DNA of 64,000 bases from Acidobacteriota bacterium. Lineage in GTDB: Bacteria > Acidobacteriota > UBA890 > WLXD01. The stretch lies in assembly GCA_963666215.2 (NCBI GenBank), contig CAXWPL010000003.1, positions 96,001-160,000 on the forward strand, written 5' to 3'. Numbering within the stretch: the first letter of the stretch is position 1; every line of letters starts with the position of its first letter. This document shows positions 11,849 to 22,742 of this stretch, piece by piece. Under the pieces are notes generated by a model. The model saw only the letters and a list, made by a program, of their open reading frames with translations, ran no database searches and was not told where the DNA came from. The translations under genes were made by a program, and so were the position numbers.

Positions 11849-12420
11849 CAGGGTTGGCGACCGCTGAACGGCACGGAACCCCCAGTATCGGGCGAGCGAA
11901 CGCGGCTGACGAGCCGCACGAGCTGCGCCAGCCCCTGCAGGATCAGCAGGACGAAGGCAACGAGGATCATCGTCTTGAGCGGGTAGCGCGGCAGCCCACC
12001 GGGATCCGGCGAGCCCTCGAGAACGGCCCACGAGTTGTACACCGCTGGCCACGACACCGCCAAGCAGAAGGCCGAGAACGGCAGCAGGAGAACCAGCGTG
12101 CCCACGAGGTCGATCCAGTCGCGCCGCCGCTGCGACAGGCGGGAGTAGAGCACGTCAACCCGTACGTGCCCATCGTGCTTGAGCGTGTAGGCCGCACCGA
12201 GCAGGAACACGAGGCTGAACAGGTACCACTGCGCCTCGAGATAAGCGTTTGAGCTCAGGTTGACGCCCAGCCACCGCCCGGCGTAGCGCGCCAAGGCGTT
12301 GAAGGCGCCGATCAGGATCATCGCCAACACCAGCCAGCCCACGAGCTTGCCAATGCGCTCGTTGAGGCGGTCGACGAGTTGCGCGGCTCTTTCCGGTCGC
12401 GTCCGCACCTGTCCGGCCAT
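11848..12420 (-). CDS. dctQ: TRAP transporter small permease
   Basis: EAQWYLF, HVRVDVLY and SPDPGGLP motifs; four TM helices. Confidence 0.92.
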   Translation of the reverse strand: MAGQVRTRPERAAQLVDRLNERIGKLVGWLVLAMILIGAFNALARYAGRWLGVNLSSNAYLEAQWYLFSLVFLLGAAYTLKHDGHVRVDVLYSRLSQRRRDWIDLVGTLVLLLPFSAFCLAVSWPAVYNSWAVLEGSPDPGGLPRYPLKTMILVAFVLLILQGLAQLVRLVSRVRSPDTGGSVPFSGRQP

Positions 12421-12508
12421 CTGCGGTAGCCCCCGGTCTCGATGTCCACTCACAGGAACTTCATGCCTAGACTTGGCCATTATCAATCAACAAAGACGGC
12501 CTAAAGAC

Positions 12509-14245
12509 ATGAAAACATCTCAAGAAAGAGCACAGATCCTTTTTAGTTATCGTTGCGCACTAGCGACCACTTTGACTCTCCTGCCCGCACTTTCGTTCGC
12601 CGGGCCGACCGAGAGTACATCACCGCGTCAGGAGACGGTGCGGCCAAGCCTGACCACCGAGTTGACGCCCTGCTGCAAGAGCTCTCTCGAGCGCCACCTT
12701 GGGGCCGCTCAACCGAATCAAGACGACGGCGCCGAGCGTGAGGTCGTGCAGCTCGAGCCGGACTCCAGCGACGAGATGCAGAACCTCAAACGGGAAGTCA
12801 TGCGATTTTCGCAGCACCTCGTGGTTGGTGACCAGATCGGCGAGGGCGACGATCGGAGCTCGGCCATCGCCGGAGCGGACAACGTTGCCGGCGCAAATGT
12901 CACCAGCAAGATCACAGGCATGAACCGCAAGGAAGCGGCAGGCCAGGAGGCCTTCCTGTTCCCCAGCGACGCCAGCGTGGCCGCCGGTCCGAGCCACTTC
13001 GTGCAGACCGCCAACAGCGCGATCGCGGTGATCCCGCGCACAGGTCGGCGTTCAACACGCGCGTCACGCACGCTGATTCAGAGCCTTAACGAGCACTTCG
13101 AAGCGACCGACGGGCCGCTGATCTTCGACCCGCGTGTGCTATACGACCGAGTCTCCAGGCGCTTCTTCGTCGTGGCCATCAGCTACAGCAGAGCGACTCA
13201 GCGAGCCGACCTGTGGCTGTCGGTTTCGCGTAGTAACCGTCCCAAGCGCTTGGCAACTGGCTGGTGCAACTACCACTTCAACGCCAATCACCGCGGCAGC
13301 TCACCAGACTTCCCGACGATTGGAGTCAACCCAGACTGGTTCGTGGTCTCGACATCTCAGTTCGCCTTCGACGGCACCGCGCGCGACGGCTGGCTACACG
13401 CTGTCGACAACCGCGCCCTCGTCGACAACTCGCAGCGCTGCCCGCGCGCCGCGATGTCGGTATTCGAGATACCCCGCGACCCCAACGGCAACCGCACGTT
13501 GACGATCCAGCCAGCTCATCACCTCGACGCCGGCCCCTCGGCGCCTACCGACGGTCCTCTTTACATGGTCAGCGGACGCTGCTGCAACGTAACGTCGGAG
13601 TACGCCCTCTGGGAGCTGCGCCGAACGCCGCAAGGTCCTGTCCTGTCACAGAGCACGATCACAGGAGACCCCTACGGGATTCCCCCGGATGTGCCGCAGA
13701 AAGGCGGCGGCGCGCCGTTCGACACCGGCAACCAGAGGATCTCCCGAGCCGTCGTGCGCAACGGCGAGCTCTTCTTCGCCCACACGACCGGCTGCGTCCA
13801 GGGAGGCAAGGTCTCCGCCTGCGTTCGAGTCGCCCGCCTCGACCCCACCCTAGCCGCGGTGTCATTCGCCCCGCCCCGTGTCCGTTCCTGGACCTTCGGT
13901 GGCGGCGCCGATGTTCATCTGTTCCGGCCCGACCTCGCGGTGAACCGCGACGGCTCCATCATGACCGTGTTTCACGTCGCCGGCCCGCGGCAGTTTCTCA
14001 GCCTGGGCTTCGCCGGCAAGCGCGCGACCTCTCCGAATTTCGACCCCTTCGGCTTCGTGCATCGCGGGAATCAGAAGATGGGCTGCGAGTCGAACGGTCG
14101 CAACCGCACCGGCGACTACCAGGGGGCGGCGGTAGATCCGCGCGACGACTCCACCTTCGTGCTGACCGGTCAGTTCAACAACCGCGGCGTAGGGTTCACG
14201 TCGAAGTGCAACTGGGACACGGTGGTTGCCGAAGTCGCCTATTGA
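12509..14245 (+). CDS. Uncharacterised secreted Cys-containing beta-rich protein
   Basis: Signal-peptide-like N-terminus; PSDASVAAGPSHFVQTANS, FDPRVLYD, DFPTIGV and RTGDY motifs. Confidence 0.7.
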   Translation: MKTSQERAQILFSYRCALATTLTLLPALSFAGPTESTSPRQETVRPSLTTELTPCCKSSLERHLGAAQPNQDDGAEREVVQLEPDSSDEMQNLKREVMRFSQHLVVGDQIGEGDDRSSAIAGADNVAGANVTSKITGMNRKEAAGQEAFLFPSDASVAAGPSHFVQTANSAIAVIPRTGRRSTRASRTLIQSLNEHFEATDGPLIFDPRVLYDRVSRRFFVVAISYSRATQRADLWLSVSRSNRPKRLATGWCNYHFNANHRGSSPDFPTIGVNPDWFVVSTSQFAFDGTARDGWLHAVDNRALVDNSQRCPRAAMSVFEIPRDPNGNRTLTIQPAHHLDAGPSAPTDGPLYMVSGRCCNVTSEYALWELRRTPQGPVLSQSTITGDPYGIPPDVPQKGGGAPFDTGNQRISRAVVRNGELFFAHTTGCVQGGKVSACVRVARLDPTLAAVSFAPPRVRSWTFGGGADVHLFRPDLAVNRDGSIMTVFHVAGPRQFLSLGFAGKRATSPNFDPFGFVHRGNQKMGCESNGRNRTGDYQGAAVDPRDDSTFVLTGQFNNRGVGFTSKCNWDTVVAEVAY

Positions 14246-14275
14246 TCACCGCACAGGCGTACTCACGCTGTGGCG

Positions 14276-15643
14276 CTAGCGGATCAAGAGAATCCTGTCG
14301 TTGACTGGATAGAGCCACTCCACGCCGCGCTCGCTGACAACGGCGTCGTCCTCGAGCGGTATTCGCACCTTGGCCCCGCCCCACTCGGGTGCGGCCGTGT
14401 AGGCGAACAGCTCGATCGAGAACAAGTTGCTCGACTTGATCTCGAACGTGAGCCGTAGTGGGTTGAACCAAGCGATCGACGGGCCGACACCGTGGCCCAG
14501 GTTTCCCACAGAGTGGCAGCCAATGATGACCTCGGTCTGGTCGCCACCCGACAACTGGTTGAACGCCGACATGATCTCGAAGCCCTCCGCGGCGATCGCC
14601 GTGTTGAGGCGCTCGAGCATCTCGCCGGCGGTAGGGCCGGGCACGATGGTGCGGCGGATCACCTCGCGCACCTTCACCGCCTGGTCGAAGGCGTTCTGGA
14701 AACCGGGGGGTGCGACGCTCTCACCCTCCTCCAGAACGTAGGCGATGCGCTTCATGTCGGTGAAGAGATTGAGGTAACCGACCCCCCAGTCGATCATCAG
14801 CAGGTCGCCGCGTTGGATGATGCGCGAGCTCGAAGTCGCGACGATTCCCTCCGGCCCGGTGATGTAAACCGACGGCATGTCGAAAGACGAGCCGAGGCCG
14901 CGCTCGAGCAACTGGTCCATCATCCACCACGCCACATCCTCGAGAGCGGTGATCCCTGGGGTAATGACCTCGTTCGAGAGGGCGCGGTCCGCGATCTCGC
15001 GTGATAGCTCCCCCGCCCGCCCGAACGCCACAATCTCGCTGGCCACGCGCCGCGAGCGGAAGTCGGAAACCAGCCGTTCCGCCGACACCAGTCGGGATGA
15101 ATACGGCTCGCCGAGCGTCTCGACAAGGTGGACGTACGCAGTGTGCGACAGGCCGTCGGCGCCACCGATGTTGTGCGACATGTTGACGCCAATGCGCTGC
15201 GGGTCGCGCTCGGCAACGAACTCGCGCAGGTCGAACCCGCCAGTAACGATGTCGTACGCACCGTTCTCGGCGAGCAGGTAGCCATCGATGCCGAGTGCCG
15301 CGCGCTCGATACGCGCGACTCCCCTGCCCTCTGCCGAACGATTGGATCGTTCAGTAGAAGCGGCGCGATCTGTAAAAATGTAGTAGCCGATGCCGCCCAC
15401 ATAGCCACGGCCGAGATCCTCGTAGAGCGGATCGAGATGCCCCTCCTTCGACATGACGATCCACATGTCGATTTCGTTGTCGCGCATCGCCTCGGGAAGC
15501 ACGAGATCGAACTTGTCGCGCCGGATCTGCGCCATCGTTTCCCAGCGACGACGAGCCTCCTGGGCAACGGCTCCGACCTCAGCGACATGGGCTGAGATCA
15601 GCGTGAGTAGGGCGGCAGTTACCACAGCGCGATGTCGGGACAC
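14276..15643 (-). CDS. M24 family (Xaa-Pro) metallopeptidase, secreted
   Basis: Metal ligands in IDWG, TDMKR, HSVG..GHG, SIELF and LEDD; signal peptide. Confidence 0.85.
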   Translation of the reverse strand: MSRHRAVVTAALLTLISAHVAEVGAVAQEARRRWETMAQIRRDKFDLVLPEAMRDNEIDMWIVMSKEGHLDPLYEDLGRGYVGGIGYYIFTDRAASTERSNRSAEGRGVARIERAALGIDGYLLAENGAYDIVTGGFDLREFVAERDPQRIGVNMSHNIGGADGLSHTAYVHLVETLGEPYSSRLVSAERLVSDFRSRRVASEIVAFGRAGELSREIADRALSNEVITPGITALEDVAWWMMDQLLERGLGSSFDMPSVYITGPEGIVATSSSRIIQRGDLLMIDWGVGYLNLFTDMKRIAYVLEEGESVAPPGFQNAFDQAVKVREVIRRTIVPGPTAGEMLERLNTAIAAEGFEIMSAFNQLSGGDQTEVIIGCHSVGNLGHGVGPSIAWFNPLRLTFEIKSSNLFSIELFAYTAAPEWGGAKVRIPLEDDAVVSERGVEWLYPVNDRILLIR

Positions 15644-15819
15644 GTCGATTCCTCCGGGCTCTGCGCGGAACGAGCGCAGGTTGGTTCGAAGCAGCTGCCC
15701 GCTCCTCTCGGCTGACTCGGCCTGGATCGGGAACGGACGGGAAGCACTCTCCGGTGCTCTGCGGCGCATCTAAGGGTATGCTCTCGGCCCGGCGACTTCT
15801 ACGAAACAGAGGCAGCGCA

Positions 15820-17830
15820 ATGAGCCCTGCGAGCTCCGACAAGGCTTTGGGCATGAACCGCGACATCACGCGTCGCGATTTCCTCGGCTCGACTGCCTTG
15901 GGCAGCGGAGCGGCGCTGCTATCGATGGCGGCCCCAGGCTGTGGCGGTGGACGCGAGTCGGCCCCGGGAGGCGACTCGCAGTCGGCGCCCGAATTGCTGG
16001 GCATGGACGTCCCCGATTGGGGCTCCTACGGAGGCGTTGGCGACTACGCCAACTCCTACGGCAATACCGAAGCGGTGGTACGGGCGGCTCACTCGGTGCG
16101 CACCGGCCGGCATCAAACCCTCGGCGTCGATGTCGCCGACACCGGCGAGGTTTACGACCTGGTCATCGTCGGTGCGGGTTTCTCCGGCCTCGCCGCCGCC
16201 TACGAGTTCAAGCGCCACGCGCGACCCGGGCAGACCTGCCTGCCCCTCGACAACCACCCGATGTTCGGCGGCGAAGCCAAGCGCAACGAGTTCATGGTGA
16301 ACGGCCTGCGGCTCATGGGTCCCCAGGGCTCCAACGGCACGGTGACCGGTGTGGAGCCCATCGCCGAGTTTCACGACGCCTTCGGAATTCCGAACGAGTT
16401 CGAGTTCGCCGGCTGGGACGCCAACCGCTTCAAGCCCATGGACTTCCCGCGTGACAACTACGGCTTCATGCTGTGGGGCGACAACTCGAGCTCGATCGGC
16501 TACTTCTTCGACGAAAGCTCGAGCTGGGGTCGCGCCGATAGCCCGACCTGGGCGCGCGGCATCTGGTGGAACAACATGGAGGGCACGCCGTTCCCCGAGC
16601 AGGTCCGCCGCGACCTACTCGCCTGGCGCGCCAACCGCGGCCGGCCGGTGCCTGCCGAGATGGAGGGCAACGTCGACCTCTGGCTCGACTCGATGACCTA
16701 CCAGCACTACCTGGAGAACGTGCTTGGCCATGGGCCGGAGGTGGCGAGCTTCCTGACCCCGATCATGGCGTCGGGTCTGGGTCTCGGCTGCGACGCGATT
16801 TCGGCCTATCGCGCCAAGGCGTCCGGCAGCCCCGGGTTCGACGGCTACACTGCTGCCGATCGCTACAGCTACATGCCGCCCGAGCCGCCCGGGCTCGAAA
16901 ACATGCCCTGGTTCTCGTTCCCTGGCGGCAACACGGGAATCGCTCGTTACTTCGTCAAGTGGCTGATCCCCAACGCCATCGCCGGCGGCACGACGCTCGA
17001 AGAAGTCATCACCCACCCCGTAAGCTTCGACGCTCTCGACCGGCCCGATCAACCTGTCAGCATTCGCTTGGCCTCGACGGTCGTTCACGTCAGCCATGAG
17101 GCCTCCACGCCAGAGGCCTCCGAGTACGTTGTTGTGGGCTATACGCGCGAGGGTCAGGCCCATCGTCTGAAGGCTCGTTCGGTGGTCATGGCCGGCGGTT
17201 CGTGGATGAACCGCAACATCGTGCAAGGCGCTCCCGACGAGCTGACCGAGGCGTGGCAACAGCTCAACTACGCCTCGATCCTGTCGGTGAACGTCGCGCT
17301 CACCAACTGGCGTCCGATGTACGAGCTGGGCGTCAGCGCCTGTCACTGGTCCGGAGGACTCGGCTTTTCGGGCAACATCAGACGCCCGATGCACATGGGC
17401 AGCTACCAGCCACCCCTCGACCCCGACCAGCCGGCGGTCTTCACGATGTACGTCACCTTCCCGAGTCCGGGGCTGCCAGCGCGCCAGCAAGGCCAGCTGT
17501 CGCGACTCGATCTCCTCAACACGCCGTACGCCGACTACGAGCGCCAGATCCGCGAACAACTCGTGCGTCTGTTCGGGGCTTCTGGATTCGATCCGGCACG
17601 CGACATCGCCGGCGTGGTGTTGAACCGCTGGGGCCATGCGTACGTCGTTGGCGAGCCCGGTTTCCACATCTCGAGCCGGAGAAGACAACGCCGGCCGACA
17701 TCATTCGGCGGGGCCTCGGCCGCATCCGCTTCGGCCACTCCGAGCTGCTCGGGCACCAGCACTGGCCTGGAGCCACCATCGAAGGGCGCCGCGCAGCCTC
17801 TGAAGCCTTGGAGTTCCTTTCGACTCAGGT
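15820..17830 (+). CDS. Tat-exported FAD-dependent oxidoreductase, spermidine dehydrogenase (SpdH)-like; frameshift near 17670, 3' end uncertain
   Basis: ITRRDFLG, DLVIVGAGFSGL, DNHPMFGGEAKRNEF, FPGGNTGIAR and NRWGHAY motifs; C-terminus (GRIRFGHSEL) lies in another frame. Confidence 0.8.
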
Positions 17831-17879
17831 CGGCGCGCACGCGCTGCCTCGAGTGCCGAACACAGCGAACGAGATTCAC

Positions 17880-19274
17880 ATGGACGACGAGCCGACAGCG
17901 CCTCCGCATGAGGCCGAAACGCGGCACGGTTCAGCTGCAGAGCGCAGCGCGCACTGGCTGAAGTTCGCCGTTCCCTCGGCTCTCGGGGTGCTGCTCTTCC
18001 TGGTGCCGATACGCATCGGCGGCAGCCCGAACGTCGGGATCGGGTACCTGAGCGATCTGGTGGAAGGCAAGCTCGAGTCGTGGTTGCCGACAATCGTCAC
18101 CATCGTCGTCACGATCTCGGCGGTACTCAGCGTGGGAACGCTCATCCTGCGGCCGAAGGGCACCGACGACGAGCGCGGTTGGGGGCGCCTGTTCGATGTC
18201 GGCCTACCGGCGACCGCGATCCGGGCCCTTGGCGCGGCTGTTGCGTGGATGGTGCTCCTGCAGATCGGGCCGGCGTGGCTCGTTTCCGCCGACACCGGAG
18301 CCGTCATCCTCAACGACCTGATGACGGTCATCTTCATCCTGTTCGTTTTCGCCGCGATGGCGCTGCCACTGCTGACCGACTTCGGGCTCATGGAGTTCGC
18401 GGGGACGCTTCTGCGATCCGTGTTCCGTCCTCTTTTCCGGCTGCCGGGCCGCGCGTCTATCGATGCGTTGGCCTCGTGGTTGGGCTCGGCGCCGGTAGGC
18501 ACGATCCTGACCATCGACCAGTACGAACGGGGCTTCTACACCGCCCGCGAAGCGTGCTCGCTGGTGTCCTCGTTCTCGGTCGTCTCGGTCGCCTTCGCGG
18601 TGGTCATCATCAACTTCGTGGGGCTCGCCGACGCCTTCCTGCCGTTCTACGCGACACTCGCCGTGTGCGGATTGGCGGCGGCCATCGTGCTACCACGCGT
18701 GCCACCTCTATCGCGCCGCACCGACGACCTGTTCGATCCGACAATGCCGCCCTATCTGGAACCGGAGCCTGTGGGCGAGTCGCGCTTCGCCCAGGCGCTC
18801 GAGCTCGCCGTGGCCCGCGCGGGCGCGGCAGATCCACCGCGCACGATGGCCAGGAGGAGTGCCATGCAGGTGCTCGACATCTGGTTCGGTCTCGAGCCGC
18901 TGGTCATGGTGATCGGCGCCTTCGGCCTCGCGATGGCTGTGCACACACCGATCTTCGGGTGGCTGGCGACACCGCTCGTGCCGGTGCTGGAGCTGCTGCG
19001 TCTGCCCGACGCGGCGGCCGCTGCACCGGCGTTGATCGTCGGATTCGCCGATCAGTTCCTCCCGGTGATCCTGGCGCAAGGAATCCCCAGCGAGGTCACG
19101 CGCTTCGTGATCGCCTGCATGTCGGTGACGCAGCTGATCTACATGTCGGAGGTCGGCGCGTTGTTGCTGCGCTCTTCGCTACCGCTGAGCGTTCTCGACC
19201 TGCTGGCGATCTTCGCCTGGCGGACGGTGCTCACACTGCCGATCGCCGCAGCGGCGGCCCACCTCATCTTCTAG
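17880..19274 (+). CDS. YjiH family (nucleoside recognition gate) membrane transporter
   Basis: DFGLMEFAG, RPLFRLPGRASIDALASWLG, GFADQFLP and QLIYMSEVG motifs. Confidence 0.88.
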   Translation: MDDEPTAPPHEAETRHGSAAERSAHWLKFAVPSALGVLLFLVPIRIGGSPNVGIGYLSDLVEGKLESWLPTIVTIVVTISAVLSVGTLILRPKGTDDERGWGRLFDVGLPATAIRALGAAVAWMVLLQIGPAWLVSADTGAVILNDLMTVIFILFVFAAMALPLLTDFGLMEFAGTLLRSVFRPLFRLPGRASIDALASWLGSAPVGTILTIDQYERGFYTAREACSLVSSFSVVSVAFAVVIINFVGLADAFLPFYATLAVCGLAAAIVLPRVPPLSRRTDDLFDPTMPPYLEPEPVGESRFAQALELAVARAGAADPPRTMARRSAMQVLDIWFGLEPLVMVIGAFGLAMAVHTPIFGWLATPLVPVLELLRLPDAAAAAPALIVGFADQFLPVILAQGIPSEVTRFVIACMSVTQLIYMSEVGALLLRSSLPLSVLDLLAIFAWRTVLTLPIAAAAAHLIF

Positions 19275-19386
19275 ATCGGCGCCACCCGACGGGCGGCCGC
19301 GCCCGAATGCCCCATGCGCGTCCGCGGCACCGAGTGGATGGCGCCGAGTGCGCGGCCGGTCACCGCGTACTCGGCCGCTCTCACAA

Positions 19387-19947
19387 CTAGCGCGGCCACA
19401 GCCAGCCGAAGGCGCCGGCGGTGAGCAACGAGTAGACCAGCCCTTCGAAGACGAACTTCCCCGTCGAGGCCCACGACTTCCCCATCCAGATCGACTGCGG
19501 GATATAGCCGCCAGCGTAGCCGAGGAACGCCACCGTTCCGGCAACCTGGAACACGCGAAGATATTCGACGCCCGCGTCGACCGTACGACCGGTCACGTAA
19601 GCCACGAAGATGCCCATCAGGAGGGTGAAGCCGAACCACTGACCGAGCGCCGCACCCATCGCCGGAGGGCCGCTGGGAAGGACGGTGAGAAAGCCAACCG
19701 GCCCTTTCTCCATCTTGGCCTTGAGCTCCGGCTGTTCCATCTCCTTGAACGAGGTCATGTGGGGCATGGAATACGAGCCCGGCCCTACGCCGGCCGTGCG
19801 CATCGCCTCCATGATGTCGTCCTCCGAGGCCATCTTGCTGAAGTCGTTGCCGTGAAAGTTGAGCACCATGTGGAACACCGAGCTGGCAATAAAGACCACC
19901 ATGGCAGCAATCAGGATGGGCAGCCAAAGCGCGGTGATCGTGACCAT
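19387..19947 (-). CDS. Conserved hypothetical membrane protein
   Basis: Four hydrophobic segments, GGAGG RBS, ending FGWLWPR. Confidence 0.75.
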   Translation of the reverse strand: MVTITALWLPILIAAMVVFIASSVFHMVLNFHGNDFSKMASEDDIMEAMRTAGVGPGSYSMPHMTSFKEMEQPELKAKMEKGPVGFLTVLPSGPPAMGAALGQWFGFTLLMGIFVAYVTGRTVDAGVEYLRVFQVAGTVAFLGYAGGYIPQSIWMGKSWASTGKFVFEGLVYSLLTAGAFGWLWPR

Positions 19948-20129
19948 GATCGGCACCTCCGCGGAGGCTCCCGCCGCGTATTCCCGCCAGGGCGAGCGGC
20001 CGGGGGCGATGAAACGAGCGACCGGCGGCGGAGACTACTCGAAAGCGAGCGCTTTGGAAACCTGTTGCCTGGCGGCGACCACACGAACCGGCCCCACCCT
20101 GCGTGGCTCGCGGGGAACGTTTGCCTGGC

Positions 20130-21074
20130 CTAGTGACCCCGCACGAGCTGCTGCAGCGCGGCCTTGGCCTGCGCCGAGCTCGCTCCCTCAGGCTCGATGT
20201 CGAGGCTACGCTTGTACGCCGTAGCGGCGGCCTCGGTGTTGCCAAGCGCCTGCTGCACGGTGCCGTACATGAAATGCCCGCTGGCGCTTTCGGGATTGAG
20301 CTCGATGTAGGCTGCCAGGTGGTGGCTCGCCTCGGGCAGCGCGCCCTTCTGCGCGTACAGTTGACCGAGAACTTGGTGCCCGAAGGTACTCAGATTGTCG
20401 ACCTCGAGCAGCCTGAGCATCGATTCCTCGGCCTCGTCGGTACGCCGCAGGCGCAGCAGCGACTGCCCCAGCACCGCCAGGGCGTTCGATAGAATGTCTT
20501 CGCGGTTCTGCTGAGCAGACAGCACACCGACCGCCTCGTTCATGTGCTTGACGGTATTCTCGAAGTCGTCCGCCTCGTACGCCGCGCGACCGGCTTGAAA
20601 CGCTTCGCCGCCTACGTTGCCGCCGGCCTCGCGGAGCGCGATGTTGAACGGGTTGACCGCGGGCCGCAGGTTGCGGCGCATCTCGAACGTCACGTAACCC
20701 TCGAGCTCGACGGTCACGACGTAGCGCTCCTTCACGCGCAGACCCGACTGCCTGAACTTGCCTTCGGCATCGGTCGTGTGCTCGTTGAACGCGTTGCGAG
20801 CGGTGTTTTCGTTGATCTGCGTGCGGTCGCCAGCCGGCGCAGCCGTGACGCTCATCCGCGATCCGCCGTCCTCGAGGCGGACGGTGACCTTCGCCCCCTC
20901 GAGCGGCATCCCCCTGGTGTCGGTAACCAGACCGTCGATACGCGCCTCCGCCTGGGTCGACGCAGCAGCGGCGACGTGCGACGGCACAGCCGCTGCTACA
21001 GCAACGGCGGCCAGGAGAATCAGACCAAGCTTGCCGAGTGAGTCCCCGAAACGTGGCGATTGGGTATCGATCAC
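20130..21074 (-). CDS. Carboxypeptidase-regulatory-like domain plus TPR repeat secreted protein
   Basis: GLVTDTRGMPLEGAKV and TDAEGKF beta-sandwich; TPR helices at C-terminus (YIELNPE, YKRSLDIEP). Confidence 0.8.
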   Translation of the reverse strand: MIDTQSPRFGDSLGKLGLILLAAVAVAAAVPSHVAAAASTQAEARIDGLVTDTRGMPLEGAKVTVRLEDGGSRMSVTAAPAGDRTQINENTARNAFNEHTTDAEGKFRQSGLRVKERYVVTVELEGYVTFEMRRNLRPAVNPFNIALREAGGNVGGEAFQAGRAAYEADDFENTVKHMNEAVGVLSAQQNREDILSNALAVLGQSLLRLRRTDEAEESMLRLLEVDNLSTFGHQVLGQLYAQKGALPEASHHLAAYIELNPESASGHFMYGTVQQALGNTEAAATAYKRSLDIEPEGASSAQAKAALQQLVRGH

Positions 21075-21221
21075 AAGCGCTCCCTGTTGTCGTGTCCAGG
21101 GGAGGGCCGACAGTGAGATCATTTCGCTCCTACATGTGTAGACGCACGTGCGCCAGCAACGGTCGCTTCGAAAACGAAGATGCGCCGCTTTTCTCGCGTC
21201 TGCGCTCTTCCCGGGAGCCTC

Positions 21222-22615
21222 TCAGGCGGTGGCCGCGTCGCGCCTCTGGAACGGCACGACACCACGAGGCCCCTCGCCGGGCCGACGCACCAGATGATCG
21301 GTCACCTGATCGGCAGACAACGGCTCCGACAACAGGAACCCTTGGACCTGCTCACAACCTACGGCGCGCAGGTAGCGCAATTGGCTCTCCTTCTCGACGC
21401 CCACCGCCACCACACGCAAGCGAAGCTTGTGGGCCATCGCGACGATCGCCGAGACGAAGCTGGCGTTCTGCGCGTTGTCGGGCAGACCGTGAATGAAGGA
21501 GCTGTCGATCTTGATCTCCTCGATCGGATGCCTCTGCAGGGCGCTCAACGAAGAACATCCCGTACCGAAGTTGTCCACCGACAGTGCGACGCCGAGCTCC
21601 TCGAGTCGTGCAGCGTGGGCACCAGCCAGGTGCCTACCTGGTGCAGCGCCACTTCCTTGAGCTCCAACGTGAAGAAGCGCGGGTCGACCTCGTGCCGCTT
21701 GACGCTGGCGTCGAGACGCTCGACAAAACCCGGTTCGCGCATCTCCTTCGCCGATACGTTCACCGACACGTCAATCGGACCGAAACCGTCGCCTATCCAA
21801 CTTCTCCACTGCGCACAGGCCTGATCGAACACCCACGCGCCGATCTCGCACAGGATCCCGGTTTGTTCGGCCACGAGAATGAAGTCGCCAGCTGGAACGT
21901 TGCCGAGTTGCGGGTGCGTCCAGCGAACGAGCGCCTCGACGCCGGTCAGGCGACGCGAGGTCGCATCGAAGATCGGCTGGTAGAAGAGCTCGAAGCGACG
22001 ATGCGCGAGCGCCTCCTCGAGCATCTGCCTCAGAACACGCCGGTGCGCTGCCGCGCTGTCGACCCGATCTCCGTAGTATCGATAGGAATCGCCCCCCTGC
22101 CCGCGCGCGCCAGGGCACTCGTCGACGCGGCGACAAGCGTGCTCGCCTCAGTGCCGTCGGCGGGGCTGACGGCGATGCCGATGCTGGCCGTGAGGAAGAG
22201 CGTGGCCCGCTCCAACGGTACCGGTCGCCGCAGGGAAGGCCAGCGCCTCCTCGGCCACCCGGGCCGGCACCAGCTCATCCTCGAAGCCGCTGAGCATGAT
22301 GGCGAACTCGTCACGCTCGATGCGCGACAGCGTCGCCTCGTCGTCGGGTTCGGGCCGAGCAACGGTGTCCGTAGAGCGAAGGCAGTCGGCGAGTCGCTCG
22401 GCGAACACGCGCAGGACCTCGCCAGCGGCCTCTGCGCCCAGATGTCGAGCGAGCGGCTCAAACTGATCGATGTCGATGTACAGCGCGGCCACCAGAGATC
22501 CGTCGCGTGCCGCCAGCTGAAGCGCCTTGCGCAACCGATCGTCGAAGAGATTGCGGCCGGGCAATCCGGTGAACGGATCGCGCATCTCGGCCGATTCGCT
22601 GGTCCCTTGGTCCAT
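21222..22615 (-). pseudogene. GGDEF-EAL protein broken by at least three frame changes
   Basis: DPFTGLPGR...IERDEF (degenerate GGDEF), TASIGIA, FYQP...VEALVRW, DNFGTG...IKIDSSF, VQGFLLSEP, spread across several ORFs. Confidence 0.8.
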
Positions 22616-22659
22616 AGCCCGCTGCCCGTCGACGGGCGGCCCTGCCGCACGTCGAGTTA

Positions 22660-22742
22660 TCGACAGTTACTTATAGATATCAATACATATAATAGACAAT
22701 ATAAACAGGTCAAAGCATAAAATCACTATCCAACGAGTGTCA
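22660..22742 (-). promoter_or_regulatory. AT-rich promoter region of the GGDEF-EAL gene
   Basis: Abrupt AT-rich patch; minus-strand TTGACC (22708-22713) followed by TATTAT/TATATG-like -10 candidates. Confidence 0.5.
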
